From NCBI GenBank assembly GCA_963674595.2, contig CAXXFV010000020.1:34674-98673 (forward strand): a DNA stretch of 64,000 nt, in the 5' to 3' direction. The notes under the pieces were generated by a model. It saw only the letters and a program-made list of their open reading frames with translations. It did no database searches and was not told the DNA's origin. The DNA comes from a bacterium. GTDB taxonomy: Bacteria; Zhuqueibacterota; Zhuqueibacteria; Residuimicrobiales; Krinioviventaceae. Positions 28,747-38,207 of the stretch are shown piece by piece (position 1 is the first letter of the stretch; every line of letters starts with the position of its first letter). The position numbers and the translations under genes were made by a program.

Positions 28747-29738
28747 TAATTTCCAAATGCTTCGTCAAAAACTCCTTTGGGGGTTGGAAAGTTTAATTCA
28801 CGTAAAAAGTTACAGGCGTCTGCCGCACCAAAATCCCGGTCCATTCCGGCGTCTTCCCATTCAACCGAAAGCGGGCCTGTGTATCCGGCATGGTTTAAGG
28901 CCCTGATAACAGCCTCGAAATCCACATCGCCGTGGCCTAATGAACGAAAATCCCAGCCACGTCGCGGATCACCAAAATTGAGATGTGATGCTAAAATGCT
29001 TGTTGTGCCGTCCAGTGTTACCGCGCTGTCTTTCATGTGGCAATGATAAATACGGTCACCAAACTCTTCGATAAATTTTATAGGATCTACACCCTGCCAT
29101 TGTAAATGACTGGGATCAAAGTTAAATCCAAAGGATTTACGGTGGTTGATTGCCTCAAGGGCAATTCGTGTTGTTACAATATCATAGGCAATTTCCGTGG
29201 GATGTACTTCCAGGGCGAATCTGACACCACATTCTTCAAAAACATCCAGAATAGGATTAAATACATCAGCAAAAAATTGATATCCCTTTTCAATTTCTTT
29301 AAAATCATTTGGCGGGAATGAATAAAGCAGGTGCCAAATTGAAGAGCCTGTAAACCCGCACACTGTATCAATACCAAGATTTTTAGCCGCTCTGGCTGCT
29401 GCTTTCATAGAGTCAATGCCAAATTGGCGTTTTTTTTCAGGGTCCCCGGCGCAATCTGCCGGAGCGAAACCATCTGAACGACTGTCGTTATTGGGATCGC
29501 AAATAAGCTGGCCTGCCAGGTGGTTTGAGATGGCATAGAACGTTAATCCGTGTTTTTCTAAAAAGGCATGTTTTTCGTCACAATATTTTTGGTCTTTGGC
29601 TGCCTGAAAGACATCCATATGGTCGCCCCAGCATGCCAATTCCAAACCATCATACCCGAACTTTTTTGCTTTTTCACACATGGTTGCCAGGGGTAAATCC
29701 GCCCACTGACCGGTAAAGAGTGTTATAGGTCGCTGCAT
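28746..29738 (-). CDS. Sugar phosphate isomerase/epimerase (xylose-isomerase-like TIM barrel)
   Basis: TLFTGQWADL, ALEVHP, NFDPSH, HMKD, SVEWED metal-site motifs. Confidence 0.88.
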   Translation of the reverse strand: MQRPITLFTGQWADLPLATMCEKAKKFGYDGLELACWGDHMDVFQAAKDQKYCDEKHAFLEKHGLTFYAISNHLAGQLICDPNNDSRSDGFAPADCAGDPEKKRQFGIDSMKAAARAAKNLGIDTVCGFTGSSIWHLLYSFPPNDFKEIEKGYQFFADVFNPILDVFEECGVRFALEVHPTEIAYDIVTTRIALEAINHRKSFGFNFDPSHLQWQGVDPIKFIEEFGDRIYHCHMKDSAVTLDGTTSILASHLNFGDPRRGWDFRSLGHGDVDFEAVIRALNHAGYTGPLSVEWEDAGMDRDFGAADACNFLRELNFPTPKGVFDEAFGN

Positions 29739-29757
29739 GATATATTCCTCCGTATCG

Positions 29758-30945
29758 TTATTTTATCATTTTTGTCCATTTTAAATCACTGTTGTTACTT
29801 TCGATGGCTGTTTTAATAAACGCCATGCCATTCAAACCGTCCTGAACTTTGGGGAAATCATTTTCCAGTTCTGTCGGCTCATCGCCAAGCATCTTTGCAC
29901 GAATGGTATCAGCCACATTGTTATAGATGTTTGCAAAAGCCTCGATAAACGCTTCCTGGTGGCCGGTTGGAATACGCGTTGCTCTTTTGGCCGCATCGCA
30001 TAAATAATCATTGGCCCTTCGCAGGGTTTGGATGGGTTCATTCGCCTTGTAATAATATAAATAATTCGGATTTTCCTGGATCCAGTTTATCGAACCTTTT
30101 TCACCATATACTCTGATTTTTATATTATTTTCGTTTCCGGCGCACATTTGTGATGCTGTTAATATGCCTCTTGCTCCGTTGTTATAGCGCAATAATATAT
30201 TTATATCGTCATCAAGCCTGCGTCCGGGCATAAATGTTGTCAAATCCGCACAAACCTCTTCAATTTCCAGTCCGGTGATATATGCGGCCAAATTTTCACA
30301 ATGTGTTCCTATATCACCCAGGCAACCTCCGGCCCCGGCAACATCCGGGTCTGTGCGCCACATGGCCTGTTTTTGACCCATATCTTCCAGTTTGGTAATC
30401 AGCCAGTCCTGAGGATATTCGACGACAATTTTTATAATTTTACCTAGTTGACCTGTGTGCACCATGTGACGGGCATGCTTTACCAGAGGAAATCCTGTGT
30501 AGTTGTAGGTTACGGCAAAAACAAGCCCGGTCTTTTCCACAATTTTTTTCAATTCAACAGCTTCTTCATAATTGAATGTCATTGGTTTTTCACAAACCAC
30601 ATGGAACCCGGCTTCGAGGAACGCTTTTGATGCAGGAAAGTGCAAATTGTTTGGAGCAGCGATCGTAACAAAATCAATTCTTTCTTCAGTCGGTAGTTTG
30701 AGTTCATTTTCGATCATGGATTGATAATTGTTATAAACTCTGCCGGGATCCAGGAACAAGTCCTGGCCGGTTTGAGCTGATTTGTCCGGTTTGCTGCTGA
30801 ACGCACCGGCGACTATTTCTATTTTACCATCCATTCGTGCCGCTTTTCGATGGACTTCTCCGATAAACCCGTCCGGTCCGCCGCCTATCATGCCCATTTT
30901 TAATTTGCGATTTAAATGAGATTTAGTTTGACGCCCTTCAATCAT
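29758..30945 (-). CDS. Gfo/Idh/MocA family oxidoreductase
   Basis: GMIGGG..FIG.VH, PNNLH, CEKP, GDIGTH. Confidence 0.9.
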   Translation of the reverse strand: MIEGRQTKSHLNRKLKMGMIGGGPDGFIGEVHRKAARMDGKIEIVAGAFSSKPDKSAQTGQDLFLDPGRVYNNYQSMIENELKLPTEERIDFVTIAAPNNLHFPASKAFLEAGFHVVCEKPMTFNYEEAVELKKIVEKTGLVFAVTYNYTGFPLVKHARHMVHTGQLGKIIKIVVEYPQDWLITKLEDMGQKQAMWRTDPDVAGAGGCLGDIGTHCENLAAYITGLEIEEVCADLTTFMPGRRLDDDINILLRYNNGARGILTASQMCAGNENNIKIRVYGEKGSINWIQENPNYLYYYKANEPIQTLRRANDYLCDAAKRATRIPTGHQEAFIEAFANIYNNVADTIRAKMLGDEPTELENDFPKVQDGLNGMAFIKTAIESNNSDLKWTKMIK

Positions 30946-31079
30946 ATAGCCTCCGTAAAAAACGCAATTATTTTTATTGTCAAGATAAAGCTAAACAATA
31001 TTTTCAAAAGAAGCAAGAGGAATAGGTAGAGATGTTTAATAATTTGAGATACTTAGGGCGAAAAAAAATAGAAAAACGC

Positions 31080-31108
31080 TTGACATTTTCTTGTAAAAAC
31101 AATATTTT
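31080..31108 (+). promoter_or_regulatory. Sigma70-type promoter of second csp gene
   Basis: TTGACA-17 nt-TATTTT about 170 nt before the start codon, consistent with a long csp leader. Confidence 0.55.
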
Positions 31109-31278
31109 TATTTAAATCGCCTGTGCACCGTAAACCTTGTACCACTGCAAAACGGATCACTCGCCCGCCGGTAGCAGGATCATTTTGTATTTTGTGGACG
31201 CACCCACATTTTACGTTATTCACAAGGACATTTTTGGGTGTATGTTAATTGTACGCAATTACAAGAAAGGATCACCAA

Positions 31279-31485
31279 ATGGAAAAGGGAGTCGTAAAGT
31301 GGTTTAGCACGTCAAAGGGCTATGGGTTTATTACTCGAAGTGTTGGCGGGGATATTTTCGTGCACTATTCAGGCATTCAGGGAGATGGGTTTAAAGCTTT
31401 ACAAGAGGGAGATGACGTAAATTTTACTGTCGAAGAAACAGACAAGGGACCGCAGGCAGTAAAAGTTGCCCTTGCGAATGTGTGA
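31279..31485 (+). CDS. Cold-shock protein (CspA family)
   Basis: GVVKWF, KGYGFI, IFVHYS, GFKAL.EG, KGPQA; SD AAAGGA. Confidence 0.95.
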   Translation: MEKGVVKWFSTSKGYGFITRSVGGDIFVHYSGIQGDGFKALQEGDDVNFTVEETDKGPQAVKVALANV

Positions 31486-31502
31486 AACCACTTAATACTC
31501 TC

Positions 31503-31533
31503 AAGCCCTGATAAAATATCAGGGCTTTCTGTT
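31503..31533. terminator. Intrinsic terminator
   Basis: AAGCCCTGATA/TATCAGGGCTT stem followed by a T-rich tail. Confidence 0.8.
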
Positions 31534-31543
31534 TTAGGGGTGT

Positions 31544-32788
31544 TTAATTTTTTTTATTACTCAAATAGTTGGTTGCCAGTTCCATGAAAATTTCCAAATC
31601 ATTTTCTATGTGAGACTGGACGCCGTCAAAGTAAAACACGCGTAATGGAAACCCACCCAAATCTTGACTTAATCTCGGATAAACAGCTTCACAGACAATA
31701 CTGTTCATACAGGTAAAAGGGCTGATATCTATGACACCGGCAGCGCCTTGTTCATAATACCATATTGACCGGCCGACACTCATAACCATTTCACCATGCG
31801 AACCTTCTCTGGGAAGATAAGGGCGGCTTTTTTCCAGAACTTGCGTTACATGCTTTGGTTCATTGTACCCTTTAAAATCATCTTTAAAAACAGACATCAT
31901 CTTTAGTTCATCATTATGCATGACTTTTTGACGCAGCCTGCAGCCAAACATTTGAAAGGAAATTCTTTTACCTTCCCGGATTAAACGAATTTCTTCTTCG
32001 TTATTTGTGTACCATACCCATTCACTAACATCAGACATCCATGCTTCACCGCCTAATGATTCGATGACCTTTATCAGATCATCGTTGCTGAAATTATTTA
32101 AACGACAGAATATTTCCCCAACAATGCCGATAAGCGGTTTTTTTGTTTTTTTTACCGCTATGTTGTTAAATAAACTTTTTACCTGTTTTAATGCTTTGAC
32201 AATTTGGTTCATTCTTTTGGAATGTGATATGTTTGTTAAAGAGAGCGCATCACATACAATTTCCATGCTTTTAGCAAAAATTTGGTCTGTTTCACCTTTG
32301 TTTATCTCATAGGGACGTGTTTTTAACAATAATTTTCTTAAAATATCCGAAACAACCACCGCTCTCCATCCGGTTCTGACCAGGTCAGAAGCCTGCTCTC
32401 CAATGTCCTCATATCCGTTGGAACTTGAAGGAGACAATATTAGCACATCTTCTTTTCTATCCTGGAAAATTTTTCGTGCCAGCGGCAGATAATGACCAAA
32501 CCGACATGGACCGTTGGATGTGGGCAGCATAAAGGCTGTTTTCTCCGGTTTGTAATCCGGTTGTTCCGTTACTTTTAAAAAATTACCCAATGTAATGGAT
32601 TGGGGCAGACATTCGTCTCCGGATAAATACTTTCTGGCCAATTCATAGGTCCGGTTGTCACTATCAGGAGAAGGTTCCGCTTTAATACCTATGGATTGAA
32701 AAGCGGCAGACATGCAGCGCGCACCTTCATAAGACATTTGAGGAATGTATAATTTTCTATTTTCAAGATTATTTTTTGTGTTGGTCAT
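31544..32788 (-). CDS. CoA-activase-associated protein (2-hydroxyacyl-CoA dehydratase activator-related, C-terminal module)
   Basis: SGDECLP, GPCRFGHY, IGIVGEIF.R.N.FSN, SPFTCM motifs. Confidence 0.75.
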   Translation of the reverse strand: MTNTKNNLENRKLYIPQMSYEGARCMSAAFQSIGIKAEPSPDSDNRTYELARKYLSGDECLPQSITLGNFLKVTEQPDYKPEKTAFMLPTSNGPCRFGHYLPLARKIFQDRKEDVLILSPSSSNGYEDIGEQASDLVRTGWRAVVVSDILRKLLLKTRPYEINKGETDQIFAKSMEIVCDALSLTNISHSKRMNQIVKALKQVKSLFNNIAVKKTKKPLIGIVGEIFCRLNNFSNDDLIKVIESLGGEAWMSDVSEWVWYTNNEEEIRLIREGKRISFQMFGCRLRQKVMHNDELKMMSVFKDDFKGYNEPKHVTQVLEKSRPYLPREGSHGEMVMSVGRSIWYYEQGAAGVIDISPFTCMNSIVCEAVYPRLSQDLGGFPLRVFYFDGVQSHIENDLEIFMELATNYLSNKKN

Positions 32789-32796
32789 GTGTTTAA

Positions 32797-35700
32797 TTAC
32801 TCTTTGATTGGTTGTACTTTTTGAACAGTTTGAGATGTGATAATATTTTTACTTTCCAGATATGCTTCACATCGTGTCATAATACCGGCATCATTGCTGT
32901 GGTCATCAAATTGTAACACTAAAAAGGGTGAGCAAGAAGCTCTTGAAACAAAATGTTTAACATAGGAATCCGGACCACATTTAAAGTTTGTAAAATAGAC
33001 AAGATCGAGATTGTTGTGCCGGCCGGCATATATTGACGTCTGAAGTATTTTTTTTCCATAATTCCAGAACATATTTTCATGAATATGTGAAACCGGTATG
33101 TTTTCAAATGGTAGAAAATCCATTGGGATGATATTTATACCATAGTTTTCTCTTAATTTTGTCGGTACATTCAGGTTTAATCCCGAATCATATATATTAT
33201 AGGGTCGGCCTAATATAACGATACCTTTTTCATTGGAATCGGATAATAATTTTAAAGCATTTTGTCCGGCTTGTTTTATGGTATTTTTAAACTGTTCCTG
33301 AGCCGCATAAGCAAACTCTACAGCTTGGTCATTTCTTTTCCGGGAAATACCAAATGGTTTTGCCATTTTATATAAAGCCTCTTTAACGGATTGTTTACCG
33401 TCCCGAAACCGGATGACCGGGGCCAATATTTGTTCTCTTGCTTTATTGTCCTTAACGGTGTTTTTTAACACGAGTGGAAGCGTTTGACCCCACGGACAAA
33501 ACCATGATTCCGTTTCAGTGATTTCTGTTTCGCTGTTGATGACATTTGGAATGAAAATATAGTCCACATTTTTATTGACCAGATCCTGGTAATGACCATG
33601 ACCGGCCAGAATGGGAAAACAAGGTTCAGCAATACAAAGTTCCCGTCCCAGAGTGACAATGTTTTTGTTTGTAGGTTCCGACAAAATTATTTCAGCACCA
33701 AGTTGGGAGAAATATGCCTTCCAAAATGGAAAACGGTCATAAAAATACATGGCCCGGGGAAAACCGATTTTTAAACCCAAACCATCCGGCCCGGGAATAT
33801 TTCTGGTGAGTTGCTGATGATACAATTCTATCAGGTCCGGTATAACGGCTTTGTTGCTTACCTTTCTTTTTTTACGAAAACGTTCGGAGCATTTATCGCC
33901 CCAATATGTTTTTTCACCTTCAATAGTACATTCCTGTACATCGCATTGGTTTGAACACGCTTTACAGGAAATATTTCGGATTGAAAAATTAATTTTTGAA
34001 AGATCGAATCCTCTGAAACGAGTCTTTTTATAAGAGCTTTGTTTTTCTTTTGCCAACAGGGCAACACCAAGCGCCCCCATGACACCGTTATGAGGGGGGA
34101 CGATAATTTTTTTATTCAGGGTCATTGCAAAAGCAGCCGCAACGGATTTGTTATAGGCCGTGCCTCCCTGAAAAAATATTTTATCGCCGATATGTCTTTC
34201 TCTGACAACCCTGTTTAAATAATTTTGCACAACGGCAAAAGCCAATCCGGCGGCAATGTCCTTTTTGGGAACACCTTGTTGTAAAAATGAAGTAACGTCT
34301 TTTTCCATAAAAACCGTACAACGTTCACCCATTTGTATGGGGGTTTCAGATTGCAGGGCAAGGTTTGAAAATTCTTCTTTTATGGAAATTCCCATTTTTA
34401 GAGCTTGTTCTTCCAAAAACGAACCCGTGCCTGCGGCGCACGCTTCGTTCATGGTAAAATCGATGACAATATCGTCCTGAATAGAAATGAATTTGGAATC
34501 CTGCCCACCGATTTCGAATATGGTATCAACCGTATCATTCAACATTGTTTTGGCGATAAACGCCGATCCGGTTTTATGGGCCGTTATTTCGTCGTGGATG
34601 ACATCCGCTCCGGTGAGTTCACCGATAAGTTCGCGACCCGAACCGGTGGAACCGACGCCCAATATTTTTATTTTATCGCCCCATTTTTTATTCCATATAT
34701 TAAATTCACGTTGAATGACTTTGATAGGTTGCCCTTCCGTACGTGTATATATTTCATCAATAACATGCCCCTTTGTGTCGATCAATACCAGGTTGGTACT
34801 GACCGAACCTATATCCAGTCCTAAATACGCGTTTATCGGAAATGTTGAATAATGTTCTGGGTTTACCGGACTTATGATCTGTACTTTTTCTGTTTCCAGT
34901 TTTTTAGACTTGGATTTTTGGATTGATATCGCGATAGGTTGTGACAATTTTAGTAATTGGTCTTTTGTAATAGTTATATCGTTGTCGTTTAAAACGCAGC
35001 CAAAAGCTCCGGCATAGGCATGGGCTTGTGGGATATGCAGTTCATCCAGCCCAAGATTTAACGTTTTATACATGGCTTCAACAACACCCTGATTTGCAGC
35101 CAGTCCTCCTACAAATGCAATTTTAGGGACCAGGGTTTTGCCCCGTAAAACCGTGCCTTTATAATTTCGCACCACGGCTTCGCACAAACCTTTAAAAATG
35201 GAGGCCGGACTAAAACCCCGCTGCTGGGCGTGCACCATGTCCGATTTGGCAAAAACAGAGCATCGTCCGGCAATGTTTGCTGCCGAGTCTGCTTTGATAA
35301 CCATAGGGCCGATGTCATTGACTTGAAAGTTTAAACGGGCTGCCTGCTGGTCGATAAAAGAACCGGTGCCGGCGGCACAGTCGCCGTTACGTTCATAATC
35401 AAGAATTGAAACCTGCCGTGTTTCAGGATCGTTTTTTATGTGCATATATCTGGAACCGTCTCCACCGATTTCAAAAATCGTTTGGGCATCGGGTACCAGA
35501 AAGGCTGTGCCTCTGGCGATTGCTTTAAACTCATTAATAAAAGGGGCCTCTACTATCCGGGCGATATATTTACCGTGCACACCGGTTATTTGAAGGTTTA
35601 ATATAGAGTCGGCAGGAATGACATCTAAAACAGGGCTTAGAATTTTTAAAGCTGCTTTAAGCGCATCTCCGAGTATCGGATAAACAGGTGACAAAAGAAA

Positions 35701-35856
35701 ATTAAAGTCATTATATTTTTCCACAGACCATTCATGTTTTTTAAGGTGATCTGTCAGAAAAGTTAACGAGTTGCTATTGGTATTGATGATACATTTTGCA
35801 CTGACGGAACCAATGTCCAGTCCAATATTTATGGTGTTTTTTTCGGTCGTATTCAA
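32797..35856 (-). CDS. Acyl-CoA dehydratase activase-like protein (two BcrAD/BadFG ASKHA domains + DUF2229-like domain)
   Basis: Two GLDIGSVS / EIGG / CAAGTGSF / RC.VF sets; CKACSNQC, EPCFP, FCPW, FKCGPDS. Confidence 0.85.
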   Translation of the reverse strand: MNTTEKNTINIGLDIGSVSAKCIINTNSNSLTFLTDHLKKHEWSVEKYNDFNFLLSPVYPILGDALKAALKILSPVLDVIPADSILNLQITGVHGKYIARIVEAPFINEFKAIARGTAFLVPDAQTIFEIGGDGSRYMHIKNDPETRQVSILDYERNGDCAAGTGSFIDQQAARLNFQVNDIGPMVIKADSAANIAGRCSVFAKSDMVHAQQRGFSPASIFKGLCEAVVRNYKGTVLRGKTLVPKIAFVGGLAANQGVVEAMYKTLNLGLDELHIPQAHAYAGAFGCVLNDNDITITKDQLLKLSQPIAISIQKSKSKKLETEKVQIISPVNPEHYSTFPINAYLGLDIGSVSTNLVLIDTKGHVIDEIYTRTEGQPIKVIQREFNIWNKKWGDKIKILGVGSTGSGRELIGELTGADVIHDEITAHKTGSAFIAKTMLNDTVDTIFEIGGQDSKFISIQDDIVIDFTMNEACAAGTGSFLEEQALKMGISIKEEFSNLALQSETPIQMGERCTVFMEKDVTSFLQQGVPKKDIAAGLAFAVVQNYLNRVVRERHIGDKIFFQGGTAYNKSVAAAFAMTLNKKIIVPPHNGVMGALGVALLAKEKQSSYKKTRFRGFDLSKINFSIRNISCKACSNQCDVQECTIEGEKTYWGDKCSERFRKKRKVSNKAVIPDLIELYHQQLTRNIPGPDGLGLKIGFPRAMYFYDRFPFWKAYFSQLGAEIILSEPTNKNIVTLGRELCIAEPCFPILAGHGHYQDLVNKNVDYIFIPNVINSETEITETESWFCPWGQTLPLVLKNTVKDNKAREQILAPVIRFRDGKQSVKEALYKMAKPFGISRKRNDQAVEFAYAAQEQFKNTIKQAGQNALKLLSDSNEKGIVILGRPYNIYDSGLNLNVPTKLRENYGINIIPMDFLPFENIPVSHIHENMFWNYGKKILQTSIYAGRHNNLDLVYFTNFKCGPDSYVKHFVSRASCSPFLVLQFDDHSNDAGIMTRCEAYLESKNIITSQTVQKVQPIKE

Positions 35857-36040
35857 ATTTTTCTCTGTTAAAATGATATTTTTTTAAAACCCAAGAGAAT
35901 AATATAAAAAACAATCCTTTTAGGTTCAAGAAGAATTCTTTTTCGTCAAATCTTTTAATTAGTTAATATTACTCTCTTGATTATTCAACGACATTTTCTT
36001 ATTTTTGTAAAAAGTACTGAATTATATAAAAAAGGTATAT

Positions 36041-36397
36041 ATGAAGAAAGGCAATAAAGAAGTATTGGTTGTCGGCGACCGGGTGTTGATAGTCCCGGAT
36101 GTCGGCGAAGACCGTAGCGAAGTCGGTTTGTATCTGCCGAAATGGGCTGTTGAAAAAGAGTCGATTCAGGGGGGACGTATTGTTGAAACCGGCCCCGGAG
36201 AAAATTTACCATCTCCGACTGATATTGAAGAAGAACCCTGGAAAGAATCCGGATTTAATAAAAAAACGCAGCCTATGCAGGCAGTGGTTGGGGATTTTGC
36301 TATTTTTTTAAGAAAAGCAGCCGTTGAAGTCAAATTCGAAGGTGATACCTATCTTGTCGTGCCTCATGCGGCAATTTTACTGTTGTTAAGGGACTAG
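36041..36397 (+). CDS. GroES/Cpn10 family protein (orphan)
   Basis: GDRVLI, GLYLP, G.IVETGPG, VGD, EVKFEG..YLVV...IL. Confidence 0.8.
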   Translation: MKKGNKEVLVVGDRVLIVPDVGEDRSEVGLYLPKWAVEKESIQGGRIVETGPGENLPSPTDIEEEPWKESGFNKKTQPMQAVVGDFAIFLRKAAVEVKFEGDTYLVVPHAAILLLLRD

Positions 36398-36895
36398 TAA
36401 ATTTTTAATGGCGGCAGAATCAAGCCGGTATGTTGTCCATTCGGACTGGGGGTATGCGCCTAATGATTTGTAAAAATTGAGGGCAGGTTCGTTCCAGTTA
36501 AGGACTGCCCATTCTATCCGCCCGCACTCTTTTTGTTCCGCAATTTGTGCAAGTGATTTAAATAACGCCAAACCATATCCATTACCGCGATGTTCCGGCA
36601 ATACAAAAAGGTCTTCAAGGTACAGGGTCGGCCGGCTTAAAAAGGTCGAAAATGTGAAAAAATAGAGAGCAAAACCAACTGCAATAGTTTTTGAGTTGAT
36701 ATTTTTTTCACATAATATAGTATGAAAATAAGGCGAATCGCCAAAGCCATGCTTGAATAATAGTTCCGGTGTTGTCTTTAATTCATGGGCCAGATTTTCA
36801 TATTCGGCAAGGCCCCGTATTAAAGCCAGAATGGTGTCAACATCATTGGCATTCGCTTCTCTTATTGTGAAATTTTTATCTTTATTCATTTGCAT
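36386..36895 (-). CDS. GNAT N-acetyltransferase (SSAT-like)
   Basis: LAEYE, LYLEDLFV.PEHRGNGYG, W.VLNWN.PA..FY. Confidence 0.9.
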   Translation of the reverse strand: MQMNKDKNFTIREANANDVDTILALIRGLAEYENLAHELKTTPELLFKHGFGDSPYFHTILCEKNINSKTIAVGFALYFFTFSTFLSRPTLYLEDLFVLPEHRGNGYGLALFKSLAQIAEQKECGRIEWAVLNWNEPALNFYKSLGAYPQSEWTTYRLDSAAIKNLLVP

Positions 36896-38201
36896 TTTTT
36901 ACTATTGTGTCGAGCACCTTCACCAGTTGTCCGGTTAGATGCCTGCGTTCGTAATTTTCACTGTTTATATTTGAATCTGTAGTTTTGGAAGTTAATATTT
37001 TTTCCAAAATATTTTTTATTTCTGAAACGTTTTTGGGATGGGCTATATAACCAAGATTTTGGCTTTTTATCAGTTCTGTGGCATCTCCTTCAGGGGCAAG
37101 GGCGAAAATCGGTTTTTTTGCGCCGATATATTCAAATATTTTACCGGTTAAAATTCCTTCGTTGCCGGGAGCGTCATCAATAATTAAAAGAGAATAATCG
37201 GTTGCCAACAGATAACTCAGGCTTGTGTTGTGTGTAACATAGGGGATTGTTTCAAATAAATGGTTGACAGGTGACATGTTGATGCGCTGCAGAATAGGGT
37301 CACCGACTCTACCGACAAAACGAAACAGCAGGTTGTCCAGTGCTTGCGGGCTGGACATATGAATATCCTCAAGGGCCTGAAGTAAATATTCCGGATTTCT
37401 GTTTCCGTAAAGAGATCCCGTATATGTGATGGTGATGCGGGAGTCTTTTTGAACGGGCGTAATATCTTTAAAATCGTCAGCATCAAAACCGTTTGGCAAG
37501 AATTCCCATCGATTATCATCGAGATGATTATGCCGGCTTAAAAGGTGGTTCTTAACGCCGTTTGAAACCGTGAGGATTTTGTCGGCATCGCGTAACACGT
37601 TTCTTTCCATACGTTTTTCAATCGCACGGGATAACCAGGGCCGCCACTGCGGTGTGGATAACCATCCGATCCAGGAATCTCTGAAATCAGCAATCCAGGG
37701 TAGGCCGCTTTTCAGTGCCAGTTTTCTTGCAATGAGGTGTGTTGTGTAGGGCGGAGCAGAGGAATAAATCGCCTGAATGTGTTCCTGTTTAATGATTTTT
37801 TTACCCAGTGAAACAGCAAAAAAATACCACAACATTCGGGCATCCGGGACGAATAAAGCAGAACGTATGAATTCTGAAATACGTTCCGACAGCTTTTGTT
37901 TGGTCTTGCTGTCTTTGGTTAGCGTTGCAATATCAGCCGATTCGTTTTGGGCCCTTCCTGTAAACTTTCGATATAACCGATAAGGTTCAATGATTTTGGA
38001 TTTATAGACTTTGACACCTCGCGGAATCTCTGCCAAAAGCTCTTCATCATAAGCCGGATAGTCTGCATTTTGTGCCGTTAAAACAACCGGTTCCCAGCCA
38101 AAGTCCCGCAAATACTTTACAAATTTTAAAGTTCGTTGAACCCCGGACCCGCCTGATGGTGGAAAATAATATGCAATTATTAGTACTTTATTTTGAGGCA
38201 T
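36882..38201 (-). CDS. Glycosyltransferase family 4
   Basis: YYFPP.GGSGVQR..KF.KYL, ADFRDSW, PNGFD, KIFEY. Confidence 0.88.
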   Translation of the reverse strand: MPQNKVLIIAYYFPPSGGSGVQRTLKFVKYLRDFGWEPVVLTAQNADYPAYDEELLAEIPRGVKVYKSKIIEPYRLYRKFTGRAQNESADIATLTKDSKTKQKLSERISEFIRSALFVPDARMLWYFFAVSLGKKIIKQEHIQAIYSSAPPYTTHLIARKLALKSGLPWIADFRDSWIGWLSTPQWRPWLSRAIEKRMERNVLRDADKILTVSNGVKNHLLSRHNHLDDNRWEFLPNGFDADDFKDITPVQKDSRITITYTGSLYGNRNPEYLLQALEDIHMSSPQALDNLLFRFVGRVGDPILQRINMSPVNHLFETIPYVTHNTSLSYLLATDYSLLIIDDAPGNEGILTGKIFEYIGAKKPIFALAPEGDATELIKSQNLGYIAHPKNVSEIKNILEKILTSKTTDSNINSENYERRHLTGQLVKVLDTIVKNANE

Positions 38202-38207
38202 AAGAGT

